From positions 45,880,001 to 45,944,000 of the forward strand of contig NW_025964334.1 of NCBI RefSeq assembly GCF_023055435.1: a DNA stretch of 64,000 bases. Direction: 5' to 3'. Of this stretch, positions 41,990 to 52,799 are shown piece by piece (the stretch's first letter is position 1; each line of letters starts with the position of its first letter). The translations under genes were made by a program, and so were the position numbers. This DNA is from Haliotis rufescens (Eukaryota). Below the pieces are notes generated by a model. It was not told the DNA's origin. It ran no database searches and saw only the letters and a list, made by a program, of their open reading frames with translations.

Positions 41990-42456
41990 CTCTCTTAACT
42001 ATCGCTGCCACCAGTGAAAACTCCCCACTGTGAATAGGTGGCCACAACCATGCTTGGAGTTGAGCTCGCAACCGAATGACCGTTATGTTTACAAACAAGT
42101 GACGACTGTCGTGACGCCGAATACACTTATTGCTGCTAAATTACTTTCTTCGTTTGTCAATTTGAATTTCTGTTTCATTAAAACTATTGTGTTATTGATA
42201 AAGTAAGAATGTAAGGGAGAAGTTGGTTGATTTTCCATTAGTCTGCAATCCCGAACCAATCTGATTATTAAAACAACAAAGTAAATTCATCTGGAAAACA
42301 TGGTAAGTCGTAAACCTTTTCAAAATGAAATATCATGACATTCCCAAAGACATTAACAAAAGTATCAACGTTACTACATTTGGGGTTAGAGGGCAAATTT
42401 CAAGATTCTTATAATGGCCGCGCCCACACTGGTGGCAGCGATGTTACCAAGAGTGT
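41990..42456. mobile_element. Probable ~450-bp MITE in ACP1 intron 4
   Basis: Perfect 16-bp inverted repeat ATCGCTGCCACCAGTG (42001-16) / CACTGGTGGCAGCGAT (42427-42), extending imperfectly outward. Confidence 0.5.
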
Positions 42457-42518
42457 AATGAAGGTGTCACGCGCTGGGAAGGAGCTTGGCATGTTGCCAA
42501 GACAGGTTATTGGTATAC

Positions 42519-42580
42519 CTCATGTTGTCTTCATCCATTCCAAATATGACATCAAAGTCATGAAAGTCAGCCTTCTTAAT
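42519..42580 (-). CDS. ACP1: ACP1 exon 4 (IKKADFHDFDVIFGMDEDNM-S)
   Basis: catttcag|ATT...ATGAG|gtatac, 62 nt; DFxxFDxIxxMDxxN motif. Confidence 0.95.
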
Positions 42581-42766
42581 CTGAAATGAAATCGTTTGTG
42601 CAGTGAAAAGATTTGGTCTGCAGCATAAAACTGTCACATGTTGATTTTGATTTTTGAAACTGATTTAAATTCATCTAGTATCTGACAACGAATATTACAG
42701 TGTCATTGTTTAAACAGTCGTCTATGACCGGACACCAACACCCAGTACTCCAGCCTCAAGACCTAC

Positions 42767-42883
42767 CTGTCGACCCAGATGCTTGTAACCTGTGATCCCA
42801 TTTTTCTTCAACGTTCTCATTGTGCGGTCATCTGGGGGAACACCATTATGCCAGCCTCCAAGAGCAGCGCTATCGATCTCCCA
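42767..42883 (-). CDS. ACP1: ACP1 exon 3 (WEIDSAALGGWHNGVPPDDRTMRTLKKNGITGYKHLGRQ)
   Basis: gtgacag|TGG...CAG|gtaggt, 117 nt, phase 0/0; WxxDSAA...PD.R...H..RQ LMW-PTP motifs. Confidence 0.95.
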
Positions 42884-42896
42884 CTGTCACATGGCA

Positions 42897-45000
42897 AACA
42901 CTATCATTTACAGGCAGGGCATATACACAGACACTTCATATACAGGCAGGGCATATACACAGATACTTCATTTACTGGCAGGGCATATACACAGACACTT
43001 CATATACAGGCAGGGCATATACACAGACACTTAATTTACTGGCAGGGCATATACACAGACACTTCATATACAGGCAGGGTATATACACAGACACTTCATA
43101 TACTGGCAGGGCATATACACAGACACTTCATATTCAGGCAGGGCATATACACAGATACCTCATTACTAGCAGGGCATATACACAGACACTTCATATACAG
43201 GCAGGGCATATAGACAGACACTTCATTTACTGACAGGGCATACACACAGACACTTCATATACAGGCAGGGCATATACACAGACATTCATTTACTGGCAGG
43301 GCATACACACAGACACTTCATATACAGGCAGGGCATATACACAGACATTCATTACCTGGCAGGGCATATACACAGACACTTCATTACCTGGGAGGGCATA
43401 TACACAGACACTTCATTTACTGGCAGGGCATATACACAGACACTTCATTTACTGGCAGGGCATACACACAGACACTTCATATACAGGCAGGGCATATACA
43501 CAGACATTCATTTACTGGCAGGGCATACACACAGACACTTCATATACAGGCAGGGCATATACACAGACATTCATTACCTGGCAGGGCATATACACAGACA
43601 CTTCATTTATTGGCAAGGCATATACACAGACATTTCATTACCTGGCAGGGCATATACACAGATACTTCATTTACTGGCTGGGCATATACACAGACACTTC
43701 ATATTCAGGCAGGGCATATACACAGATACCTCATTACTAGCAGGGCATATACACAGACACTTCATATACAGGCAGGGCATATACACAGACACTTCATTTA
43801 CTGGCAGGGCATACACACAGACACTTCATATACAGGCAGGGCATATACACAGACACTTCATTTACTGACAGGGCATATACACAGACACTTCTTTACTAGC
43901 AGGGCATATACACAGACACTTTATTAGTAGCAGGGCATATACACAGACACTTCATTTACTGACAGGGCATATACACAGACACTTCATTACTAGCAGGGCA
44001 TATACACAGACACTTCATTACTAGCAGGGCATATACACAGATGCTTCATTTACTGGCAGGGCATATACACAGATACCTCATACCTAGCAGGGCATATACA
44101 CAGACATTCATTACCTGGCAGGGCATATTCACAGACACTTCATTTACTAGCAGTGCATATACACAGATATTTCATTACCTGGCAGGGCATATACACAGAT
44201 ACTTCATTTACTGGCTGGGCATATAGCAGGGCATATACACAGACACTACATTTACTGGCAAGGCATATATACAGATACTTCATTAATAGCAGGGCATATA
44301 CACAGACACTTCATTTACTGACAGGGCATATACACAGACACTTCTTTACTAGCAGGGCATATACACAGACACTTCATTTACTGGCAGGGCATATACACAG
44401 ACACTTCTTTACTAGCAGGGCATATACACAGACACTTCATTACTAGCAGGGCATATATACAGATACTTCATTACTAGCAGGGCACAGACACAGACACTTC
44501 ATTTATTGGCAGGGCATATACACAGACACTTCTTTACTAGCAGGGCATATACACAGACACTTCATTTACTGGCAGGGCATATACACAGACACTTCATTTA
44601 CTGGCAGGGCATATACACAGACACTTCATTACTAGCAGGGCATATATACAGATACTTCATTACTAGCAGGGCACAGACACAGACACTTCATTTATTGGCA
44701 GGGCATATACACAGACACTTCATTTACTGGCAGGGCATATACACAGACACTTCATTTACTGGCAGGGCATATACACAGACATTCATTTTCTGGCAAGGCA
44801 TATACACAGACATTCATTAATTGGCAGGGCATATATACAGACACTTCATTTACCAACAGGGCATATACACAGACACTTCGTATACCAACAGGGCATATAC
44901 ACAGACATTCATTTACCAGCAAAGCAGACACACAGACACACATTTACTTGCAAAGCAGACACAAAGACACTCACATAATGGTGAAGCAGACACATAGACA
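42897..45000. repeat. 31/32-bp minisatellite (GGCAGGGCATATACACAGACACTTCATTTACT) filling ACP1 intron 2
   Basis: Direct reading; roughly 65 units. Confidence 0.97.
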
Positions 45001-45288
45001 CTGATTCACCAGAACCATATCAGGCACTGGTTTACAAGTATCAGTGGCCAACTGTATTATAGCTCTGTGTGTGGTGTGGGACCTGAAATCCTAGTTGCCA
45101 TTGTATCTTGATATTCCACAAGCCCTTTGATATATTTCAACCACCATCAGTCAATAGCTGTCACTATCCCGCCTACTCTTAAAGACATGCTGCACAATGA
45201 GAGCCTTGATAAGAACACAAAAACTTTGAATTTTTAAACATGTAATTCATGCTGCTGTTGTATGTACAGACAGACAAAGAAAATATAC

Positions 45289-45362
45289 CTGATCAGTGAG
45301 TCCATTAGTCTTGACCAGATGTTGAAATATTCCTTCTGCCATTGTCGACCGGCATATATTAC
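45289..45362 (-). CDS. ACP1: ACP1 exon 2 (G-NICRSTMAEGIFQHLVKTNGLTDQ)
   Basis: ttttgcag|GTAATATATGCCGG...GATCAG|gtatat, 74 nt; completes the catalytic CLGNICRS (CX5R) motif. Confidence 0.96.
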
Positions 45363-47799
45363 CTGCAAAATTCAGAGAATCATATTATGATATGAAGATT
45401 CCAACTACTGTACGAACAACAGATCTCCTAATCTGACAGGAGGAAGTGCTGGATTTGTTGTTCAACTATTTTCAAGCTTCTGGAGGAAAAAACTGTCAAG
45501 AACATTTTCTGAAACAGGTATTTACAACACTAAATTGTAGAAGGTCTCTGACAAAATAACTTAGAGAAAATAATTTTAAAGTTGCCCTTTTGTCTGGAAA
45601 AAACCAGTGTTCATGTCTTTTTGTTATTCCTTGCTGGACTCTTTACAATTTATTGAGTCTGTACTTATATGTTATCATTCACGGGGTGCTCCAAATATGC
45701 ATACTTCCTTGGGGACAGTCCATGGGGTACTTTTAAACCAATGAGTAAAAGCAGTGTCTGAAACTCCACAGAGTAGACTGAGAGCCTAAGGGCCAGCACA
45801 TTGAAACAACTGTAGACCCAGTGTGAACACTGGAGGCCCAAACATTATAGCTGAAGCAGGGAGACATACTCTTGCAATAAATATATTACAAAACACAACC
45901 AGTCAGTGAGAAGGCTTTACTGCTATCACACCAAGTTCCCAAAGACTTGGTGGTGATAGATGAAGCCTACATTTATCGAGGAAATTATCAGCTTGTAAAA
46001 CATCTTTGCTACTACATGTCAAACACCATTTGAAAGGTCTAATCCTACTGTTTATAAATATGAAAGTTATGTTTATCACATTATTTGAATAATGCATGTA
46101 TAACTTAGTTAAGTTTGTTTTTAATAAAGATATAACCTAACATCTTCATAACATCCAGATTTAAGCACCAAGGAAGCGTAAATTATGGCCTTTTTCTGAA
46201 GTTTTAAGATTTCATAATAGAGCTATCCACTAATTTTTTTATTTTTTTATTTTCATTCTTGAATTAATCAGAAAATGATGATAAAAATAATTATAATTAT
46301 GATCTACATCACACATTTCCTGATAATAGTTCCGTTCAGTGGCATTAGAAAATACCGGGAAATTCCTCCTTTTTCGAAGTTTTGTATAAATAACACGAGC
46401 GAAGATTTGTTCGATGTTTGGTACCATTAGAAAGCTCTGAACATCAATAATATAACAGTAACCTCGCCAGGAGTATTTTCATAGTTGTACCATGGGATAT
46501 CATTGGATAGAAATTGGTTTCTAACAATGCTTTCGATGATTTACAACTTTTATCATTATTAATTTTATTAAGAAAACCAAATATCATAAAACAATAAATA
46601 ATAATTTTCTTGTGAGTACAGTTAGGCTTTATTTCCATTTGCATTTTCCTCCTCCAAGAATAAACCACCCACAATCTACCCCATTCAGGCTAGTCAAACT
46701 TTCACCCCCTTCACTGTGTATGTTTACTTTTTAAATTGGACACTACTCGTGAATCATGTAATTTCGATGAGAAAATATTTAGTAGGAATGGGGTCGTGTG
46801 AATGGTTTACTCAAAGATCATCCTGTTAGAATAACACAACTGACGGCCATTTGGTAAAGTTCTGTACAACAACATCTTTATCTGCTTTTAAAATCGCCAC
46901 AAAATGAGGCAGTTGGAAGCCCAGATTTAATCTCAGAGAGCAGGAAAAGACGTTTTAGGGGTGAGGAGCCCCCTGGGTAACTCAGTCGTGGCCTCTAACA
47001 TTCAATTCTGGGGCAGTTTGTTTGGAGAAGTGCCAGAAGCTTTTGAAAGGAGCAAGCCCTGCTGGCTACATAAAAAATTTGTTGTTAAATCTACCCCTGC
47101 AATAAAGTCATGTATAACTGGGCCAGTCATATGGCATTCTTAAATTATGGAGGAATAAACATGCTAAGAACATGAAGAGAACAGTATATTTCAGGAAGTG
47201 ACAGGTAGTTATCAGCATTTCAAGTTCAACCCTTCAGGCACCTGTTAGGACTATCCAAGTTTTCTTTACAGTTTACATTGTTAAATCATTCACCAAATGG
47301 ATTTAATTACCAGTTGATTACAAGACAAAAGCTCACCTGGTTCAAACAGCGGGTGACCAGGATAAGGGTCACTAAACCTGGAGCTTCACAGACAGATCAG
47401 GAGGTATCACATGCATGTATGCATACAGATTTAATCGGAAAACTCACTCATAGATTTCCATAATCGGAAATTTCCTGTCCTTTGTCTTTGCTAACGGGAA
47501 ATTGGAGGCGAATTTTTAAATTAATGGAAAATGCTGTTTTGCAGGAGTAATAGTCTCTCATGTGGGAGACTGGGAGATTATTAATCAAATTGTAGGAGGA
47601 TTAACAGGTCTGTAGTATGCGTTGTGCGTTCTCTGTATATGGGTGGGGGGGGGGGGAGAGAATGGCATTAATCTTACTAATGCCAATAAATGCTGCACTG
47701 GTGGAAATCCAAATAGAACAGAGTCCCTATCATACATGTCTTAGATATTGTGTACACTTGAAAAAGTTAAAATCTTCAGTAAAGTTTTCCTTGTATATT

Positions 47800-48066
47800 T
47801 GTTGTTGTTGTTGTATTTTGTTGTTTAACGCCGAACTCAGTAACATTCAAGTTATGTGACGGCCGTCTGTAAATAATCGAGTCTGGGCCAGACAATCCAG
47901 TGACTGACATCACGAGCATCGACCTGCGCAAAAGGGGTACGATGACTTACATCAGTCAAGTCAGCAAGTCTGACCACACAATCCTGTTATTCGCCTCTTA
48001 CGACCACCACCATTTACGGCGACAAGCATGGGTTGCTGAAGACCTATCCAAGCCTGGATCTTTATG
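47800..48066 (-). mobile_element. SINE family A copy in ACP1 intron 1
   Basis: Reverse complement of the family consensus with (GTT)n tail. Confidence 0.8.
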
Positions 48067-48231
48067 GATTTTGTATACTTGTTAAGGCTGAAGCCAAACA
48101 AATACTGACAAATTCCCTCAAAGACAGACATAACTCTGTCTTTAACATGTGATGAATAAAGATAATACTTCAAAACAAATCATGTCAACCATTGTGGTGT
48201 AAAGACATTGACAGTGACTGACCTGGATCTA

Positions 48232-50122
48232 CAGTCCGTTTGACTCCAAATGAGAACGATGAATTGCAAAATAACTCGAAATCCAGAAAAGTGTATGAAA
48301 CATCAATACGGTACTTGACCATGAATACCCTGTACCCCAAAAAATCTGAATTTTGTTTAATTTAAGACCCATGACGGATGAAGTTCTTTAAGAAACTTTC
48401 ATGTAATTTTGTAAAGAAATGTGTACATGACACGTAGGGGGACAAACCGTGGAAGAAACAGTGCAAGCACGGTCTGCACGTGCTACACAGTGACCGTGTT
48501 CATTCAATGACAAGATGCGCTACTCAGCAGATGTTAAACAGTTGATGTTGAATGTGTGAAGCAGAAAGAGCAAAGCCTTTTTATGCAATTAATAAATTCT
48601 TGAATGGTATGTCCCCTCAGAAACTTAAAAATGTTGTTAGTCGACGAGATACAAATAGTCAGGCCAAGGAGGTAGGGAACATGTCAAAACCATGCAAGGT
48701 TGATAAATTAGACAGTTTTCAGAGGGATCAAGTCAGACGTGTAATTGTTAAACTGCACTCAGAAAATAAGTACCTGTCCCTAAGAGTTTTGAAGAAACAC
48801 CTTGAAACTGACCATGATTTACGTGTTACAAAGTACAAACTATGGCAGCTGTTGCATACATTTGGTTACAAATACAAAAAGATAACTGGAGAAAATAGGG
48901 CTGTGTTGTGTGAGCGGTCTGACATTGTTCGTCTCCGAAATCATTATCTTCGTACCATCAAGCAGAAACGTGAAGAAGGATATGAGCCCATCTTCTTAGA
49001 TGAGACATGGGTAAATGCGTCACACACAGCCAGCAGTCAGTGGGTACCCAGTGGTGACTGTAAGGAGTCTGGTAGAAAGTTACCAATGGGAAAGGGTGAA
49101 AGACTCATAGTTCTCCATGCTGGTTCTGCTAGTCAGGGTTTTCTCCCAGACTGTGACCTCGTCTTTAGAGCCAAGGCCAAAGACAACAGGGACTACCACA
49201 CAGAAATGAACGGCAATGTATTTCTGGAGTGGGTGAAAGATAAATTAGTCCCTGCTTTGCCTACCAAGTCTCTCATTGTCATGGACAATGCACCGTATCA
49301 TAGTGTGCAGGATCCAGAAAACAAGACTCCAACCTCTAATAACCGTAAAGGAGACATGGTTACTTGGCTGCAACGGAGGAACATTACCTTTCCTTCTCGA
49401 GTGACGAAACCACAGCTCTATGAAATCATCAAAACTATGAAAGCTGACCCCGTATATAAAGTTGACAGTTACATCAAGGGTCAGGGTCACGCTGTCTTAC
49501 GACTGCCACCTTATCACTGCGACCTGAATCCAATCGAGTTGGTATGGGGCATCGTCAAGGGTGAGGTTGGACGATCGAACACAACGTTCAAATTACGATA
49601 CGTTGGACAACTCGTAAAGGAATCCCTTGGTCGGGTAACAGTAGAAACATGGAGGCGTTGTGTGGCCACAGTCGTTGATGAGATAGAGCCACGTTATTGG
49701 TCACGAGATGGTCTACGGCCAGCAACAGTCCAACCTATAATAGTGGCAGTCGGTTCAGGCACCAGCAGTTCCAACGACGAGATCTATGGCATGAGCGAGT
49801 CAGATTGCGACTGAAATTATCATGCGACGGCCCCTCTAACGCTCTGTCATTTCCCCTACCACAGACCGTGCAGTGCATGCATGCTTGCGCTGTGCCTTCC
49901 ACGGTTTGTCCCCCCTACGTGTCATGTACACATTTCTATACAAAATTACATGATAGTTTCTTAAAGAACTTCATCCGTCATGGGTCTTAAAATAAACAAA
50001 AAGTTCAGATTTTGTTGGGTACAGGGTATTCATGGTCAAGTACCGTATTGATGTTTCATACACTTTTCTAGATTTCGAGTTATTTTGCAATTCAGTGTCC
50101 TCATTTGGAGTCAAACGGACTG
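48232..50122 (+). mobile_element. Tc1/mariner/IS630-superfamily DNA transposon, Sailor (DD82E-like) type, full length 1891 bp
   Basis: TA|CAGTCCGTTTGACTCC ... GGAGTCAAACGGACTG|TA; TIRs 48232-48469 and 49882-50122 (~14 differences by eye); TA target-site duplication. Confidence 0.93.
48552..49814 (+). CDS. DDE transposase (DD83E), 420 aa ORF, N-terminus possibly frameshifted
   Basis: FLDETW / VMDNAPYH / LPPYHCDLNPIELVW motifs; 83 residues counted between the second D and the E; N-terminal HTH-like region. Confidence 0.93.
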   Translation: MCEAERAKPFYAINKFLNGMSPQKLKNVVSRRDTNSQAKEVGNMSKPCKVDKLDSFQRDQVRRVIVKLHSENKYLSLRVLKKHLETDHDLRVTKYKLWQLLHTFGYKYKKITGENRAVLCERSDIVRLRNHYLRTIKQKREEGYEPIFLDETWVNASHTASSQWVPSGDCKESGRKLPMGKGERLIVLHAGSASQGFLPDCDLVFRAKAKDNRDYHTEMNGNVFLEWVKDKLVPALPTKSLIVMDNAPYHSVQDPENKTPTSNNRKGDMVTWLQRRNITFPSRVTKPQLYEIIKTMKADPVYKVDSYIKGQGHAVLRLPPYHCDLNPIELVWGIVKGEVGRSNTTFKLRYVGQLVKESLGRVTVETWRRCVATVVDEIEPRYWSRDGLRPATVQPIIVAVGSGTSSSNDEIYGMSESDCD

Positions 50123-50699
50123 TATAAAATGAGTGAAATGTGAAAAGTTGTTGACAAAAGCACAATTTATTCGGCATGATTCTCAATAAATTTTACTGTT
50201 TGTTTTGTTTCTTTATTAGATGAAATATACAGTCCTACCAAACCTTCAGGCTGCATGTGAATGATATTGTTTGACTGTTGACATACACAGATGCCTTGAA
50301 AAGTTTGTTTACCAAAAAAATATCATAAGTGCCCCCACTTCACTATGTTCACATCTTAAAAATATTGATGAAAATTTAATAAATAATTACTTGTGGGACT
50401 AACAAAGCTGATTTGAACCTATGGCATAATTTTCTTGGGAATTTATCCTCACGATATCCTGCAAACGACCAAAATCTGCATGGCAGTCACCAGAGCATGT
50501 GTACCGTCAACTGGGAATGGACATATGTTTCCAAATCCAAAGGTGCTCAAGTAATTTCAAGTACTTGGCGAGGTAAGACACATTTTAGTACAATATATCT
50601 TGATTATCGATCAGATCATCTTGACAGGGTGCCGCCATTTCGTTTTCAGCAAATGCAAGTGATTAGAGAGGTGGAATCTGATTGGTGAATAGAAGGGAT

Positions 50700-50905
50700 A
50701 TAGAAGGGACATAACTCGTAATTGCCACTACGAGCGAGTTAGTATAATGTGTCCAAGTAGGGTATCCATTTGGCATGGTACCTCAGTGGGCTAGCACTAT
50801 AAAAAGTCTAGAGTAGTACAAGCAGCAACACACACATGCAAGTAAGTCACTTTTTAGTGAAAAAATCTTGAATTTCATACCGCATTAAACCCAATCTCAC
50901 CACCT
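50700..50905 (+). mobile_element. 3' fragment of the same Meta-like SINE
   Basis: CTCAGTGGGCTAGCACTATAAAA...TTAAACCCAATCTCACC shared with the other two copies. Confidence 0.55.
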
Positions 50906-51219
50906 CTCAATCTCTCTTACCACTAACATAGAGCACTGAACTGCTCTTACTCATCATGCTCATGAGGGCATGTACAGTGCTGATAGCCCAGATCATAATC
51001 AGTGAGGATCTAGGACATGTGAGATGCACAAATAAACAGAAATAGCGAGAAAGTGAATGATTCTCAATGCCATAGTGGCATGTACATAAAAAAGTCTGGA
51101 CCAGGGAAACCAACTAGTGACACTGACAGACATAATGATCCACGCCATCACTATGACACACACACTGCCAAGCAACCGAACATGACAACCAAATCAATTA
51201 ACATTGACAGCAAGCATAG

Positions 51220-51380
51220 CATGGGCGGATACAGAGGGGGGTGCGGGGGTGCGCAACCCCCACCCCCACCCCCCTTTTATTTCGAAAAAAATCTTTATTT
51301 CTGTATAAATTACCACCAAAGACAATAAATAGATCTTAATTGTGCACCCCACCTTTTCAAAAAAGTTGTCTCCGCCCATG
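51220..51380. mobile_element. 161-bp MITE
   Basis: Perfect 10-bp TIR CATGGGCGGA / TCCGCCCATG flanked by the 5-bp direct repeat CATAG (51215-19, 51381-85). Confidence 0.7.
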
Positions 51381-51697
51381 CATAGGTTAGCATTATACAA
51401 CTCTAACCCCGAACATAGATACTGACAAAAAACAGTCTACACTATGCTACTGCACAACTTCATGACATCAATAAGAAAACTGATTCTGTCTTGGCTATTC
51501 ATATTCGTTTCCCTTGTAATGATCATCAAAAAGAGAAACGTTCACGAAAACTGAACAGCGAGTAGCTTATAAGCAAACGATGGTTATGGTTAGAACCCAT
51601 ATTTTTCAAACCTCCGAACCTGGATAAATTGACCTAGCATACATTTGTAGCACAATATTCACTGCCATCGAGGAAAAGCACTATCTCATAAACTGAC

Positions 51698-51743
51698 CTA
51701 AGCATATGAAAAGGACAGACTTCTTTTTAGTGGGGGCCGCCAT
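51698..51743 (-). CDS. ACP1: Low-molecular-weight phosphotyrosine protein phosphatase, coding exon 1 (MAAPTKKKSVLFICL-G)
   Basis: Manual translation of minus strand: AAAATGGCGGCC...TGCTTAG|gtcagt. The KSVLFxCLG start of the LMW-PTP P-loop is joined in phase 1 to exon 2. Confidence 0.95.
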
Positions 51744-51790
51744 TTTCACATTCCCAGAATGCATCTCTTATGTGACGGAAGCGGAAGCAA
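51736..51790. promoter_or_regulatory. Bidirectional housekeeping-type promoter core shared by ACP1 and LIX1L
   Basis: YY1-type GCCGCCATTTT (51736-46) overlapping the ACP1 ATG, ZNF143/Staf-like ACATTCCCAGAATGCA (51748-63), tandem ETS CGGAAGCGGAAG (51776-87); locally CpG-richer; divergent genes on both sides. Confidence 0.75.
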
Positions 51791-52561
51791 GTTGGTGAAT
51801 CTTCGGGCCATGGAATCTGTCAAGCCCGGAGAAAGATATACCTGGTTTATATTATCATTTGTGGGTCATCGATGTACGTAATACCCCCATGAACTGGACA
51901 ATATGTATGTGAGGTCTTGACTGACCAACTCAACGTATTTCTACGAAGACCGTGAGCGCTTAAAGACAAAAATCACCAAGTCAGTTTGTGGTTGTTTTGA
52001 GATGACGCCTCGCCTCGGTGAATTCTGTGTGTATTTACTGTTTACAGTGGGCACAGACATGTGACGCGTCATTGACTTGTGTCCTCCTAGCGGCACTGTA
52101 AATGTGCATAATATAGATATATGGAGGTATCGTGAGTGTCTCGAATGTGTACTTTGGATTTATACTTGAATGGACCAGAAAAAGACACGGATATCTTTTT
52201 GACACGTTCATCTGAACTAAAATTAGACACGCTGCGAGGGATCCGCATAGCCTGTTGATTGCCTAACCAAGAAGCTTGATCTACTGTCACAAGAAGCTAT
52301 CACTCAATTGCAAGTGGTTGACATAGGAATGTATTGATCATTTCAAGAATTTGATAGCTGTCAGTCGTGAATTTTTTTCAGAAGGGGATCAAGGAAATAA
52401 ACTTGGCTACTTCCTATGTTGACTGAGTAGATTACAGGATTCCTTTCTTAGGTGTATTATCTTGTAGAGTGGGATAGATGGTCTCTTGTCAGTCCCAACA
52501 TATAATGCATGTTGGAGGAATAACCATTACTGGCCAGTGAAGTTTCAAACCAAAATAAACA

Positions 52562-52799
52562 ATGGCATCTGGTGGTGGAAATGGTCGACCAATGCCAGCC
52601 CCAAGAACAGGGAAACCACTTCTTGCACCTAAGCCTCATCCACCCTTCCAACAAGGGGCTGCAGCTGCAGCAGCCGCTGCACATCTCCTCGGTCCTCAGG
52701 GCGGGAACCTTACCGAGGCTCGTGCAAAGACTGTCCTCAAGGAAGCAGTGGATGCTGTTGTCAATAGCTTTGCTAAACACACACATGGATATGGAAGAG
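52562..52799 (+). CDS. LIX1L: LIX1-like / lowfat protein, first coding exon (remaining exons not found in window)
   Basis: Encodes ...LKEAVDAVVNSFAKHTHGYGR, matching the conserved LIX1L/lowfat N-terminal motif (AVVxSFAKHTxGYGRVNVVEALQEFW). Donor GGAAGAG|gtgaat is in phase 1, consistent with the next codon being Val. Confidence 0.88.

Noticed and set aside
45000-45288. Second, mutually exclusive ACP1 exon 3 as in mammals
   Set aside because: No WxxDSA-like open exon seen in the non-repetitive parts of introns 2 or 3.
46100-46900. Possible decayed DNA-transposon remnants (also ~3430-3650, 14450-15150, 37240-37500, 40960-41560)
   Set aside because: TE-like composition, but I could not define TIRs/TSDs or a second copy in the window.
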